Below are positions 40,675 to 50,474 of a DNA stretch of 64,000 bases, one piece after another. The notes below the pieces were generated by a model. The model was not told the DNA's origin. It saw only the letters and a program-made list of their open reading frames with translations, and searched no databases. The translations under genes were made by a program, and so were the position numbers. Each line of letters begins with the position of its first letter. Within the stretch, counting starts at the first letter, position 1. Source of the DNA: Candidatus Latescibacterota bacterium (GTDB lineage: Bacteria; Latescibacterota; UBA2968; UBA8231); assembly GCA_964291625.2 (NCBI GenBank), contig OZ220090.1:864001-928000 (forward strand), given 5' to 3'.

Positions 40675-41327
40675 TGGCCGCGGCCCGGACGCTGACCAAG
40701 GCGGAGAAGGCGGCCGTCATCCTGGAAACCCTCGACGGCCTCTACCCGATGCCGCCGATCCCCCTCTCCCACCGCAGCCCCTACGAGCTGCTCATCGCCG
40801 TCCTGCTCTCGGCGCAGACCACGGACGTCAAGGTCAACGAGGTGACGCCCGTCCTCTTCGCCCGCGCCGACACGCCGGAGAAGATGGTGAAGCTCGAGGT
40901 GGAGGAGATCCTGGAGATCGTGCGCACCGTGGGGCTGGCCCCGGGCAAGTCGAAGAACATCCACCGCCTCTCCGAGCTGCTCCTGGAGCGCCACGGCGGG
41001 CGCGTGCCCGAGAGCCTGGAGGAGCTGGAGGCCCTGCCCGGCGTCGGCCACAAGACCGCCTCCGTCGTCGTCGCCCAGGCCTTCGGGAAGCCCGCCTTCC
41101 CCGTGGACACCCACATCCACCGCCTCGCCTGGCGCTGGGGGCTGTCGAGCGGCCGCAACGTGGAGCAGACCGAGAAGGACCTGAAGCGCGCCTTCCCCGA
41201 GGAGACCTGGAACCGCCTCCACCTGCAGATCATCTACTTCGGCCGCGAGCACTGCCCGGCCCGCGGCCACGACCTGGCCTCCTGCCCGCTGTGCAGCGTC
41301 GTGGGTCGGCGGAGCCTGCTCAAGTAG
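40674..41327 (+). CDS. nth: Endonuclease III
   Basis: LLSAQTTD, HhH LPGVGHKTA, VDTH, C-terminal Cys cluster. Confidence 0.93.
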   Translation: MAAARTLTKAEKAAVILETLDGLYPMPPIPLSHRSPYELLIAVLLSAQTTDVKVNEVTPVLFARADTPEKMVKLEVEEILEIVRTVGLAPGKSKNIHRLSELLLERHGGRVPESLEELEALPGVGHKTASVVVAQAFGKPAFPVDTHIHRLAWRWGLSSGRNVEQTEKDLKRAFPEETWNRLHLQIIYFGREHCPARGHDLASCPLCSVVGRRSLLK

Positions 41328-41413
41328 CCTGGGCGAGACTGCCCCGACCTGCCCGTCCGGCCCGGGGGGCGCCGGCATCGGCAGGAGCGGGCTTGCCCTT
41401 CAGGGAGTAGTGA

Positions 41414-42091
41414 TTGACAATCCCTATCGACATGGAAACCCGGGGAATGGACGATGTCTTCGTGGCCGCGGCCCGGCTGCAGGAGCTGGTGCACGACGCC
41501 GTTCTGGTCGACGGTTCCGCGGGCGTTCACCACGCCGCTCACCGGATCTCGCTCGACGACGACCACGTCGTCCGGGACCTGCGCGATCGCTTCGACGATG
41601 TGCTGGCCGATCTCGAGGCCACCGAGGGCTGGATCACGGCGCGAGTGCAGCGGCCGGTGCTGATCCTCGGCCGTCTCGACGGTGTGGAAACGGGGATCCG
41701 GAACCTCATCCGCCAGCGGCCACTGGAGGTCGAAGAGGTGTCGGTCGGGGAACGCATCCTGCGGGTACCGACCCTGTCCGAGATCGCCCGCATCAAGGCG
41801 TGGCTCTGCCTGATGCGGAATGCCACCCGCGACTATCTCGACTTCGCCGCCCTCGCCGACCGACTTGGCGACCGGGAGGCGGTCGGCGTCATCGTGGGGA
41901 TGGACCGCTACTACGCCGATCAGCTCGGTCCCGGAGGCCGCCGTGTCGCCACCCAAGTCGCCAGGCAACTGGCCGAACCCCGTCCCGACGACCTGTCGGA
42001 ACACCGATGGCGCGACTGGCGGACCGTCGTCGACGCCTGCCGCCGGATCGCCGTCGGGGTCCTCGATCGGCTCGCGGAGGATTCGCGGTGA
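41414..42091 (+). CDS. AbiEii/AbiGii-like nucleotidyltransferase (putative toxin)
   Basis: VLVDGSA...HRISLDDDH, ARIKAW...RNATRDYLD resemble AbiEii motifs; start may be ATG 41432 or 41447. Confidence 0.55.
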   Translation: MTIPIDMETRGMDDVFVAAARLQELVHDAVLVDGSAGVHHAAHRISLDDDHVVRDLRDRFDDVLADLEATEGWITARVQRPVLILGRLDGVETGIRNLIRQRPLEVEEVSVGERILRVPTLSEIARIKAWLCLMRNATRDYLDFAALADRLGDREAVGVIVGMDRYYADQLGPGGRRVATQVARQLAEPRPDDLSEHRWRDWRTVVDACRRIAVGVLDRLAEDSR

Positions 42092-42579
42092 ACCATCGCC
42101 ACCTGGAGGTCGTCACCGGCACTCCGCCCGAGGCGCAACCGCTGGCTGCCATCGTCGATATTCTCCAGCGGGGCGATCTCGAGGAGTGGCGGCCGATCGC
42201 CCAAGCCATTCGCCGGGATCCGATGGGTGAGTTCGCCGGCAAGGTGCTGCACCTGTTGGACGCCTACCCGATGTACGGGACCTCCTCCCTCTGGCGGTCG
42301 TGGATCGACCGTTGCCGGGCGCGCGCCGAGGGTGCCGCGCCGTCGAAGGAGGTGGCACCCGCGGCCCTCCGGCGGCGGCTGGGGATGACCCAGGTGGAGG
42401 TCGCCGGGCGGATGGGCATCTCCCAGTCCGACCTGTCCAAGCTGGAGCGGCGGCGCGATCTGCGGCTGTCCACGCTGCGGTCGTACGCGCAGGCCCTCGG
42501 CGGCAGGATTCGAGTTCTCTTTGTCGCGGGCGACGGCACGACGGCCATCCGGTTGGACGACGCGGACGTCAGGAGCTGA
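42088..42579 (+). CDS. XRE-type HTH protein (putative antitoxin/regulator)
   Basis: LRRRLGMTQVEVAGRMGISQSDLSKLERR; GTGA overlap with the upstream gene. Confidence 0.75.
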   Translation: MNHRHLEVVTGTPPEAQPLAAIVDILQRGDLEEWRPIAQAIRRDPMGEFAGKVLHLLDAYPMYGTSSLWRSWIDRCRARAEGAAPSKEVAPAALRRRLGMTQVEVAGRMGISQSDLSKLERRRDLRLSTLRSYAQALGGRIRVLFVAGDGTTAIRLDDADVRS

Positions 42580-42627
42580 CCGCAGGGCGCCGGTTCAGAC
42601 TGTGCTGATTGCTCCGGGCCTATAGCC

Positions 42628-42804
42628 ATGACGATTCCTACAGAGGATCCCGACGCCGGTCTGGAGATACGCGAAGGATTCGCAGGCAAGTTGCAGGCGT
42701 CACTGAAGAGAGTGGCAAATGGGGGCCGCACTCGTTCGGCCGACCAAGTAGCGAAGAGGCAGGACCTGTCCTGGGGACGTGCCGGGTCGAGTTCACCGGC
42801 ATAG
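42628..42804 (+). pseudogene. Remnant of a type II antitoxin followed by a RelE-like start
   Basis: 58-aa frame DPDAGLEIREG...LQASL..VANGGRTRSADQVAK..DLSW; an overlapping frame reads CRVEFT. Confidence 0.35.
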
Positions 42805-42818
42805 TGGAAGGGGGTGGC

Positions 42819-44492
42819 TCACCGAACGCGTCTCGCGCCCTGCCTCAGCACGTCCTCCGCTATCCTTGCCCCGGTCCTGTTCGGTCCGGCGAATATCAGA
42901 CAATACAGAGCCCGGCCATTGGTGCTCTGAATCTCCCGGGCAGTGGAAACGTAGCCGAAAACATCCTTGAGCCGTCTGCGATACCACTTGACCAGGATAT
43001 CGCCAGAGTCTCCTACCTTGCTGATGTTGTCGCTGCCGAACATATCGTGACCCTGCTCGTAGAGCAGATCGTACCACTCACTCGTCCCGAAGTATCGGTC
43101 GAGCTTGTTGCGTTCGCTGGCGCTGAACTGCCCGCTTCTCTTTAGCAACCGCTGGATGGCCATGCCTACGGGGAAGTTCAGGAAGACCTCCATGGCCTCC
43201 GTCCTTCCCATTTCAACAAGGGTGTCCCAACGAACCTGCATGCCGAAGGGATCCAGGAAAACGACGCCGCGCCACTTCTTCCAATCGACCTTCGAGATCA
43301 GCCTGCGCAAGTACTCATTGCAGTCTTGCGACCGCACATGGATTCTCCGTTCCGACTTTCTGTAGCCTTGCTTCAGGCTCCTGAGTTGCGAGCGACGACT
43401 CTCATCGATCTCGATAAACACGTAGTCCGTAAAGGGCTTCTCCAGTTCCAGAGCGACACGGGGTGAACCGCCGATGTACTCTTCGGTGCCGCTGTCCTGC
43501 TCTACGTGAGCGGAGAAGCCAAGCAGCAGTTCCTGAGCGGCATCTCTCTCTTCCTGGCGACGGACGCGCAGGGTTCCCGGCCCTGCAAAGGCATCGATGT
43601 AGAAGTATCCCTCGAACCGCTGCTTGCTGAGAATCGTTGTGTATGCGTGGAGGTACTTGCGGAGACACTCCAGCTGCTCCGTCGCCCAAGGGCCGACATC
43701 CGGCGGGTCTTCCGCACCATCGCCGGGTGCGCCTGCCGCTTGCAGCGACGCTCCGGCCCGGCGGCGGGCATCCACTTCCGGGTACTCCAGCCACTGTCGT
43801 CCATCGAGGGTGTTCCCCCCCGCCTTGGGAGTGCGTCCTCCCCATTGCTTGAAGAAGAAGGCAACACCCTGAGCCTGACATTGGTCGCGCAGGGAGCGGG
43901 CCCATCCGGGCTGCATCGGCCGGGCTTCCGGACCGCTCTCGCCTCCCGCGATGACCCAGTGGATGTGCTGCAGATCCACCTCACCCAGGGGACCGATCAG
44001 AGGCTCGAAGGAAACGAAGCGCACCGAGGCCCTGGTCTGCTGCAAGTGCCGAAGTCGAGTCAAGGCCGCGGCGTCCTCGACGGACACGCCCAACCAGATA
44101 TGAGGGGGAGCCTCCCCGCCCCGGTAGCGATCCCGGACGAACCGACGCATGAGAGAGCTGCGCTTGGTGAGCACTTGGTAGATGTGCCAGTCGGCGCGCT
44201 CCATGGTGTCGAACACGCGCCGGATGTACTCGATGGGAATGTCCTTGTGAAAGAGGTCGCTCATCGAGTTGACGAAGATGAGCTGCGGGCGCCGCCAGTG
44301 GGTGGGTTGATCCAGGCGCCTGGGGCGCAGGGTCAGATCGAAGCCGGACTCGAAGGGGTGCCCTTCAACGCCTCGGAAGCGCTCGGAGAGGCGCTCGGCA
44401 TAGCAGTGATCGCAGCCCGTGCTGACCTTTGTGCAGCCCGTCACCGGGTTCCAGGTGCTGTTGGTCCACTCGATCGTGCTCTTGAGAGCCAT
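42819..44492 (-). CDS. Fusion of DUF5131 (phage Gp37/Gp68, three-Cys motif) and TcmP (three-Cys-motif partner, SAM-methyltransferase fold)
   Basis: TWNPVTGCTKVSTGCDHCYA, NSMSDLFH, GGESG, FFFKQWGG; then GPW...YIDAFAGPG, VFLDPFG, EVFLNFP in one frame. Confidence 0.85.
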   Translation of the reverse strand: MALKSTIEWTNSTWNPVTGCTKVSTGCDHCYAERLSERFRGVEGHPFESGFDLTLRPRRLDQPTHWRRPQLIFVNSMSDLFHKDIPIEYIRRVFDTMERADWHIYQVLTKRSSLMRRFVRDRYRGGEAPPHIWLGVSVEDAAALTRLRHLQQTRASVRFVSFEPLIGPLGEVDLQHIHWVIAGGESGPEARPMQPGWARSLRDQCQAQGVAFFFKQWGGRTPKAGGNTLDGRQWLEYPEVDARRRAGASLQAAGAPGDGAEDPPDVGPWATEQLECLRKYLHAYTTILSKQRFEGYFYIDAFAGPGTLRVRRQEERDAAQELLLGFSAHVEQDSGTEEYIGGSPRVALELEKPFTDYVFIEIDESRRSQLRSLKQGYRKSERRIHVRSQDCNEYLRRLISKVDWKKWRGVVFLDPFGMQVRWDTLVEMGRTEAMEVFLNFPVGMAIQRLLKRSGQFSASERNKLDRYFGTSEWYDLLYEQGHDMFGSDNISKVGDSGDILVKWYRRRLKDVFGYVSTAREIQSTNGRALYCLIFAGPNRTGARIAEDVLRQGARRVR

Positions 44493-44529
44493 CTCGGCCG
44501 CCCTTGTTCAGTGTGGTATTAGATGCTCA

Positions 44530-44558
44530 AATGTATACATATCTTACTCTGCAATCAA
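44530..44558 (-). promoter_or_regulatory. Putative sigma70 promoter of the DUF5131-TcmP gene
   Basis: TTGATT-N17-TACATT on the minus strand in an AT-rich patch; palindrome ATGTATACAT (44531-44540) overlaps the -10. Confidence 0.4.
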
Positions 44559-44653
44559 CCCGGCTCCTCGACGGAGAATAGGGCAATCGCTCTATCGTCG
44601 CCGATCCCCCGGGTCTGGTGCCTCGCAACCAGTCAAGGGCTATCTTGAGCCCA

Positions 44654-46027
44654 ATGCCCACTTCCCTCGCCTTCCGCGACAGCCGGCTGCCGCAGGAGCC
44701 GTCCCAGGACGACCTGCGGGCGGCCGCCGCCGACTACGAGGCCGTCTGCCTGGCCAACATGCGCGCCGTGGTCGAGCGCTTCGAACGCCACGGCGGCGCC
44801 TATCCCTTCGTCGACACCAAGCTCGACCTGCGCTCCGGGCGGGACCACCCGGCCGGCGACCCGGTCCGGGGCCGCGACACGATCTACGGCTGGATCCAGG
44901 GCCGGGGGCTGGAGGCCGTGGCCGGTCACGCCCTCTGGGCCGAGGCGGACCCGCGCCCGCCGCTGCAGGAACTGGCGCCGCGGCTACGGGCCATGGCCGC
45001 GGCCGTCCTCGACTCGGTGCGGCGTCTGCGGGCCCGCAACGAGGGCCACCTGTTCTTCTTCATGTCCCCCGACGGCTCCCCCTTCATCATCGGCCCCGGG
45101 GACCGCCGCGAGCCGGTGGAGGTCACCGCCGCCACGCCGAGCGGCTTCAGCGACCTCTTCGGCGCCAAGGGCCTCTTCGCCGCTGCCCGCCTCCTCGGGG
45201 ACTCCGCCGCCGCAGCCGAGGCCGTGGAGTGGATGGGGCGGGTCTCGGCCGACATCTGGTCGAGGCGCTTCGCCAGCGACCAGCAGCCCCTGGACCCGAC
45301 GAACCCGATCGAGACCCTCCCCGGCCGCCACGGCCACGGGCCGTACATGATCCAGCTCGGCGCCGCCTCCCTCGGCGCCCGGGCCGGGCTTGCCGGCGCC
45401 GCCGAGGACGGGCTGCGCATGGTCCGCCACGTCCTCGACAACCACGCCAACCTGGACGGCCGCGCCGGGTTCCGGAAAGGCGACTTCTGGGAGTTCGTCG
45501 ACGACGAGGGGCAGCCCCTGCTCGACGAGGGCCTGATCCTCTCCGACCCGGGCCACGCCCTGGAGTTCGTGGGACTCGCCTTCAAGCTCCTGGGGGAGGC
45601 GGGAAACCGGTCCGAGGCCGCCGCTCTCACAGGCCCCCTCTTCCGGGTGATGGACCGGGTCTTCGGCTACGGCTTCCAGCCGGGGCCGGGCGGGATCTGC
45701 AAGGCCTACGACCTCGTGGCCCGCCGCCCCATCCACACGGACATGCCCTGGTGGAGCCTGCCCGAGACGATCCGGACGGCGGCCCTGGCCTGGCGGGCCC
45801 TGGACGACGACGGGGAGAGGCGGCGCTGCCTGCGCATCTGGGCCGCCTGCCACAACGCCTTCTTCGAGCACTTCCTGCGGCCCGAGGTTCACCTGATGGC
45901 GGTGCAGATGCGCGCCGCCGACGGCTCCGTCTCCCCGGCGATCCCGGCCACGGCCGACGCCGACCCCGGGTACCACACGGGGCTGAGCCTCCTCGACGTG
46001 GTCGAGGCCGTGAGGACCGCCCCGTGA
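44654..46027 (+). CDS. AGE/N-acylglucosamine 2-epimerase-like (alpha/alpha)6 protein
   Basis: YGWIQGR, SDLF, DPGHALEF, WWSLPET, DPGYH motifs. Confidence 0.65.
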   Translation: MPTSLAFRDSRLPQEPSQDDLRAAAADYEAVCLANMRAVVERFERHGGAYPFVDTKLDLRSGRDHPAGDPVRGRDTIYGWIQGRGLEAVAGHALWAEADPRPPLQELAPRLRAMAAAVLDSVRRLRARNEGHLFFFMSPDGSPFIIGPGDRREPVEVTAATPSGFSDLFGAKGLFAAARLLGDSAAAAEAVEWMGRVSADIWSRRFASDQQPLDPTNPIETLPGRHGHGPYMIQLGAASLGARAGLAGAAEDGLRMVRHVLDNHANLDGRAGFRKGDFWEFVDDEGQPLLDEGLILSDPGHALEFVGLAFKLLGEAGNRSEAAALTGPLFRVMDRVFGYGFQPGPGGICKAYDLVARRPIHTDMPWWSLPETIRTAALAWRALDDDGERRRCLRIWAACHNAFFEHFLRPEVHLMAVQMRAADGSVSPAIPATADADPGYHTGLSLLDVVEAVRTAP

Positions 46028-47571
46028 GCTGGGACACCGTCCTCGTCGGCGCCGGCGCCGCCGGCTGCGTCCTCGCCGCGCGTCTGTCGGAGGCCGGGCG
46101 GCGGGTGCTGCTGCTCGAGGCGGGCCCCGACTTCCCCGACCCGGAGGAGATGCCCTCGGAGGTGCGGCGGGCCTACGGCGAGCGGGGCATCTGGTCCCGG
46201 GCCTTCGGCTACAACACCCGCTTGGGATGGGGCTACCGGGCGCGCGCCACCGACACGCACCCGGACATGTACGTCCCCCGGGGCCGCCTGGTGGGCGGCT
46301 CCAGCGCCGTCAACGCCCAGATCTTCCTCCGCGGCCTGCCCGAGGACTACGACGGCTGGGCCGCCGCCGGCAACCCGGCGTGGGCCTGGGAGAAGGTCCT
46401 GCCCTGCCTGAAGCGGATCGAGGCCGACCCGGACTTCGACGACGACTTCCACGGCGCCGAGGGGCCGATCCCGGTGCAGCGGTTCTCCTACCAGGAGTGC
46501 GCGGCCGAGCAGAAGGCCTTCTACGACGTCCTGCGCGACCGGGGACAGCCCGACTGCCCCGACCACAACGACCCGGACTCCACCGGCGTCGGGCCCCTGC
46601 CCCTGAACAACGCCGGCGGCATCCGCTGGAGCGCCGCCCTCGGCTACCTGACCCCCGAGGTCAGGGCGCGCCCCAACCTGGAGATCCGGGCCCGGGCCCC
46701 GGCGGGGCGGATCGTCGTCGAAGGGGGCCGCGCCGCGGCCGTGGAGATGCGGGGTCCCGCCGGCGTGGAGCGCGTCGACGCCGGGGAGATCATCCTCACG
46801 GGCGGCGCCATCGGCTCCCCGCAGCTGCTGCTGCTCTCCGGGATCGGGCCCGCCGGCGACCTGGAGGCCCTGGGCATTCCCGTGCAGGCCGACCTGCCGG
46901 GGGTGGGCGGCAACCTGCGCTGCCACGCCCAGTGCGGCCTCAGCGTCGAGGCGCAACCCGCCTTCCTCGGCACCGGGGAGGGACCGCCCCTCCAGATGGC
47001 CTGCCGGTACACGGCCGCCGGCTCCGGCCTGCGCAACGACATGTTCCTCCACCCCGGCTCCGCCGCCCCCCGGGGCGGGTACTACCACGACACCGAGGTC
47101 GTCGGCTTCAACCTGGTGGCCTCCATCTATCTGGCCGCAGGCGCGGGAAGTCTGCGCCTGGCGTCCACCGATCCCGGACGGCAGCCGCTGCTCGACTACA
47201 ACTACCTCGGGGACTCCGCCGACCTCGACCGCATGCGCGAGGGCGTGCGGATCCTCCTCGACATGCTCGACCAGGAGGCCTTCCGCCGAATCACCCGGGG
47301 GCCGCTGAACATCTCCCCCGCCGACACCGCCTCCGACGCCGCCCTCGACGACTGGATGCGCCGCGTCGTGGCCACCAGCCACCACGTCTCCGGCACCTGC
47401 AAGATGGGCCCCGACAGCGACCCGGCGGCCGTCGTCGACGAGTGCGGCCGGGTGAAGGGGGTGGAGGGGCTGCGGGTGGCCGACGCCTCGATCATGCACG
47501 ACTGCATCCGAGCCAACACCAACCTGGCGACCATGATGATCGCCGAGCGCCTGGCCGAGCTGATGGCCTAG
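46024..47571 (+). CDS. GMC oxidoreductase (choline dehydrogenase-like)
   Basis: VGAGAAG, RGRLVGGSSAVN, SPQLLLLSGIG, HHVSGTCKMG, LRVADAS, NTN. Confidence 0.92.
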   Translation: MSWDTVLVGAGAAGCVLAARLSEAGRRVLLLEAGPDFPDPEEMPSEVRRAYGERGIWSRAFGYNTRLGWGYRARATDTHPDMYVPRGRLVGGSSAVNAQIFLRGLPEDYDGWAAAGNPAWAWEKVLPCLKRIEADPDFDDDFHGAEGPIPVQRFSYQECAAEQKAFYDVLRDRGQPDCPDHNDPDSTGVGPLPLNNAGGIRWSAALGYLTPEVRARPNLEIRARAPAGRIVVEGGRAAAVEMRGPAGVERVDAGEIILTGGAIGSPQLLLLSGIGPAGDLEALGIPVQADLPGVGGNLRCHAQCGLSVEAQPAFLGTGEGPPLQMACRYTAAGSGLRNDMFLHPGSAAPRGGYYHDTEVVGFNLVASIYLAAGAGSLRLASTDPGRQPLLDYNYLGDSADLDRMREGVRILLDMLDQEAFRRITRGPLNISPADTASDAALDDWMRRVVATSHHVSGTCKMGPDSDPAAVVDECGRVKGVEGLRVADASIMHDCIRANTNLATMMIAERLAELMA

Positions 47572-47730
47572 GGGCCCAGGTACACCGTCTTCCGCACGCT
47601 CTCCAGTCTGCCCTCGAGATACAGGTAGACTCCCGATCCCCTCTCCCGGGGTCCCACCTGAGCCGGCTCGCTCCCGGCCCGAGGACTTCGTCCACCAGTA
47701 CTTCCTCAAGTTGGCCGATGGCAGGAGTGT
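47568..47730 (-). pseudogene. Frameshifted paralogous copy of the CotH gene's C-terminal sorting-domain coding sequence
   Basis: Reads IGQLEEVLVDEVLGPGASRLRWDPG / SGVYLYLEGRLESVRKTVYLGP*, matching LGQYEGVLVDAAVPAGRSRFTWTPG..AGIYLF...GRLEAVRKAAYLRE*. Confidence 0.6.
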
Positions 47731-47777
47731 TGCCAATCGACCCGGTTGGTACCGCCGGCTCAGAGCCTCCGAGCAAC

Positions 47778-50474
47778 TCACTCTCTCAGGTACGCCGCTT
47801 TCCGCACGGCTTCCAGCCGTCCGTCCACCTCCAGGGCGAAAAGGTAGATTCCAGCCCCCCTATCCCCGGGCGTCCATGTGAACCGGCTGCGGCCAGCGGG
47901 CACGGCCGCGTCGACCAGAACCCCCTCATACTGGCCCAGGGTGTTGTAGACCTTGAGGGTAGCCCACGCCGTCCTGCCCAGATCGAGGTTGAATGCGACC
48001 GTTGAGGAGAAGGGATTGGGAGTCGACTCCGACAGAACGAAGGGCACCCAGGAGTCGCCCGTGCCACGATGGGTGTAGACACTGTTGGCCGCGCCCGGGG
48101 TTCCACCCGCCTCAAGGGAAGCCATCCAGCTCGCGGGGTCTTCGTTGTCCAGATCGTAGTGGCGCAGTTCCAGGGTGGGGCCGTCCCCGTCGGCCTCCTC
48201 CGGCCAGGGCGGATCATCGCCATAGACGACCGAGTCGACCAGCAAGCCGTGACGGTCGTACAGGCGAATCGATTCTCCGCTGTTCCTCAATCCGAAATCG
48301 AAGTCTCCGAGGCAAGCGGCTTGGGACAGGAACTGCAGGGCCCTTCGGTCCTGACAGAGCACGAGGAATCCACCCGGCTGAACGAGGGTTCGATCGGGCA
48401 ACACGAAGGAGTGCTCATCGTTGCCGTCCCTGAAGAACCAGCCGGACAGATCGGCCGGGTTGTCACCCGCATGGTACAGCTCGACCCAGTCCCCCGTATC
48501 CCGGCCATCGGAGGAGTGGTAGTTTATCTCGTTGATCACGACCTCCGGGGAGGGAAGGGAGATCCTGGAGTAAACCCAGTCTGCGCGAGATGTCAGCGTT
48601 GCCAGGGCAGGGTCCAGCAGCTTCAATGTATCGCCGGAGGAAATCTCAAAGAAGAGATCACCGAATACCGGTGTTCGGGGGAAGAGATGCTGGGCGACAT
48701 CTCTCTTCGAGGAGAGTACCAGGGTGTCCCCCGCGGCAAGGCGGGTCCCCGGGGGGAACATGAAGCGGTTGAAGTACTCCCCGGACTGGAAGCTGCAGTA
48801 GGCGAGGTTCAGCTCTGATCCACCGGCGTTTGCGATTTCGACGAAGTACTCATTCCGCATCTCATGGACCTCGCCAATCCTCAGCCGCTCATACTCCTTC
48901 CTGGTGGCGCCACTTGCATTCAGGGCCAGGGTCTTGGTGGCCTTGTAGTTGATGTAGAACAGGCCGTTGGGCGGATAGCTGTAGGCCCCGGCCCGGAAGG
49001 CATAGGGTACGAGGCCGAGGAAGTTGGCGGGAAGAAGGAGGCGGTTGCCGTACACCAGGTCCCCCGCCTGCAGATCGTCGTGCTGTCCGTCGTCAAAGAG
49101 GGGGAGCTTCCTGATCTCCATGGCCTCTCCCCAGGTGTAGGAAGTCAGGTCGGTAGTGTACTCGACGACTACCGATTGGGGAACGGGAGAAGTTGCGCGA
49201 AAGATGACGCCCCGATCGTCCCCCATGGTTACAGGGAATGGAGTAGAGCAGTACAGATTCGACAGGGGTTCCTTTTCGAAGAAGGTAGAGTTGGTGAGAG
49301 AGGATCTCCTGGCGCTCAAGAACCCTTTCAGGCGGGAGATCTCCCGATCAAAATCCTCGTTTGTGCCTCTCTTGAAATCATCCAGGTATACGTCAGATCT
49401 GATCAGTCCGTAAGTCGAATCGATCTGAGCCTCCACCAATTCAAAACCCCGGCCTGTAACCGTATGGACCATCTTCCAGAAGGCTCGTCGAAGAGTCTCG
49501 TACTCCATCAGCCTTTGGAACAATAGATGGTATCGAAAGGAGTAAGTCAGGTAGGTAGTTTCGAAATAGGGTCGGTATTCGCCAGTCCAGTGGTTGCCGA
49601 AAGAAGCGTCATGATCCCACGGCAGAATCTGCTCCAGCCTTCCCTCGGGGTTGAAATAGAGCAAGGTGTTCTTTACCACCGAGTCAAAGCTGGAGATCGC
49701 ATAGGCAACGGCGAAATAGTGGAGAGCACCCTCTACGTTCACAATGTGAGGCAACCGCGCCTGAAGATCCTCGTGGGACAGGTAGAAGACCTGATTGAAC
49801 AGGCGCTGCAAGTCCGTGTAGTCCGATTCTGTCCCTGCCTTCTTGTTCCATGCGACAGCATAGTTGGTGAAGTCCAGCAAGGGCGCGGTGCTCCCGGCGT
49901 TGTTCTCGGACTTGAAGAGACTGCCGGGCTGCAGATGGTAACGCTCCAGGAACTCCTCTCCAGGCTCTTCCACCTGAACGAAGACGCCCATGAACATGTC
50001 GTTGACCATGAGGCTGATGTGCCGGACAGCAGGCGCCGGATGTCCAAGGGACCGAAAGAGCATCATGGCCAGGGCGTTGCGCATCAGGGAGAGGTCGGTG
50101 TACTCGGCGTTGAGATTGAGTTCTCTCACTCCGAGTGGATTCCGGCGGTTCTCAAACCAGACTTTCCAGCTCTTCTTCCGGTGCTTGCGGGCCGTGGCTC
50201 CCCTGAACCTCACCTCGCACGCCTGCCTCTGACCGGCAAAGGAGAATCGGGCGGGGAATCGAGTCTCTTCGTGGGGTGACTGATTCAGAGCGTCCAGGTC
50301 CTGGGGATCGATGGTCAGGTGATACACGGGGAGTCTGAGCTGTTCCTCGCTGGCGAGGACAGGGATGACCGTGACGGAGACCAGGACCAGGATTGGTGCG
50401 AGGAAGGGAAGGGCCCATGTGCCATGGTCCGACTTGGCGCCGAACCGTGCATCACGCCGCAACGTCATCGCCAC
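47778..50474 (-). CDS. Secreted CotH-family kinase with lamin-tail domain(s) and FlgD/T9SS-CTD-like C-terminus
   Basis: VRFRG..KKSWKV, LNAEYTD.SLMRN, KN..LY, LPWDHDASFG; VVINEINYH..DWVELY; PNPF...VYNTLGQ; N-terminal hydrophobic signal. Confidence 0.85.
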   Translation of the reverse strand: MAMTLRRDARFGAKSDHGTWALPFLAPILVLVSVTVIPVLASEEQLRLPVYHLTIDPQDLDALNQSPHEETRFPARFSFAGQRQACEVRFRGATARKHRKKSWKVWFENRRNPLGVRELNLNAEYTDLSLMRNALAMMLFRSLGHPAPAVRHISLMVNDMFMGVFVQVEEPGEEFLERYHLQPGSLFKSENNAGSTAPLLDFTNYAVAWNKKAGTESDYTDLQRLFNQVFYLSHEDLQARLPHIVNVEGALHYFAVAYAISSFDSVVKNTLLYFNPEGRLEQILPWDHDASFGNHWTGEYRPYFETTYLTYSFRYHLLFQRLMEYETLRRAFWKMVHTVTGRGFELVEAQIDSTYGLIRSDVYLDDFKRGTNEDFDREISRLKGFLSARRSSLTNSTFFEKEPLSNLYCSTPFPVTMGDDRGVIFRATSPVPQSVVVEYTTDLTSYTWGEAMEIRKLPLFDDGQHDDLQAGDLVYGNRLLLPANFLGLVPYAFRAGAYSYPPNGLFYINYKATKTLALNASGATRKEYERLRIGEVHEMRNEYFVEIANAGGSELNLAYCSFQSGEYFNRFMFPPGTRLAAGDTLVLSSKRDVAQHLFPRTPVFGDLFFEISSGDTLKLLDPALATLTSRADWVYSRISLPSPEVVINEINYHSSDGRDTGDWVELYHAGDNPADLSGWFFRDGNDEHSFVLPDRTLVQPGGFLVLCQDRRALQFLSQAACLGDFDFGLRNSGESIRLYDRHGLLVDSVVYGDDPPWPEEADGDGPTLELRHYDLDNEDPASWMASLEAGGTPGAANSVYTHRGTGDSWVPFVLSESTPNPFSSTVAFNLDLGRTAWATLKVYNTLGQYEGVLVDAAVPAGRSRFTWTPGDRGAGIYLFALEVDGRLEAVRKAAYLRE

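Noticed and set aside
47568-47945. Possible DGR template/variable repeat pair
   Set aside because: Differences are not adenine-specific, include indels, and no reverse transcriptase is present in the window
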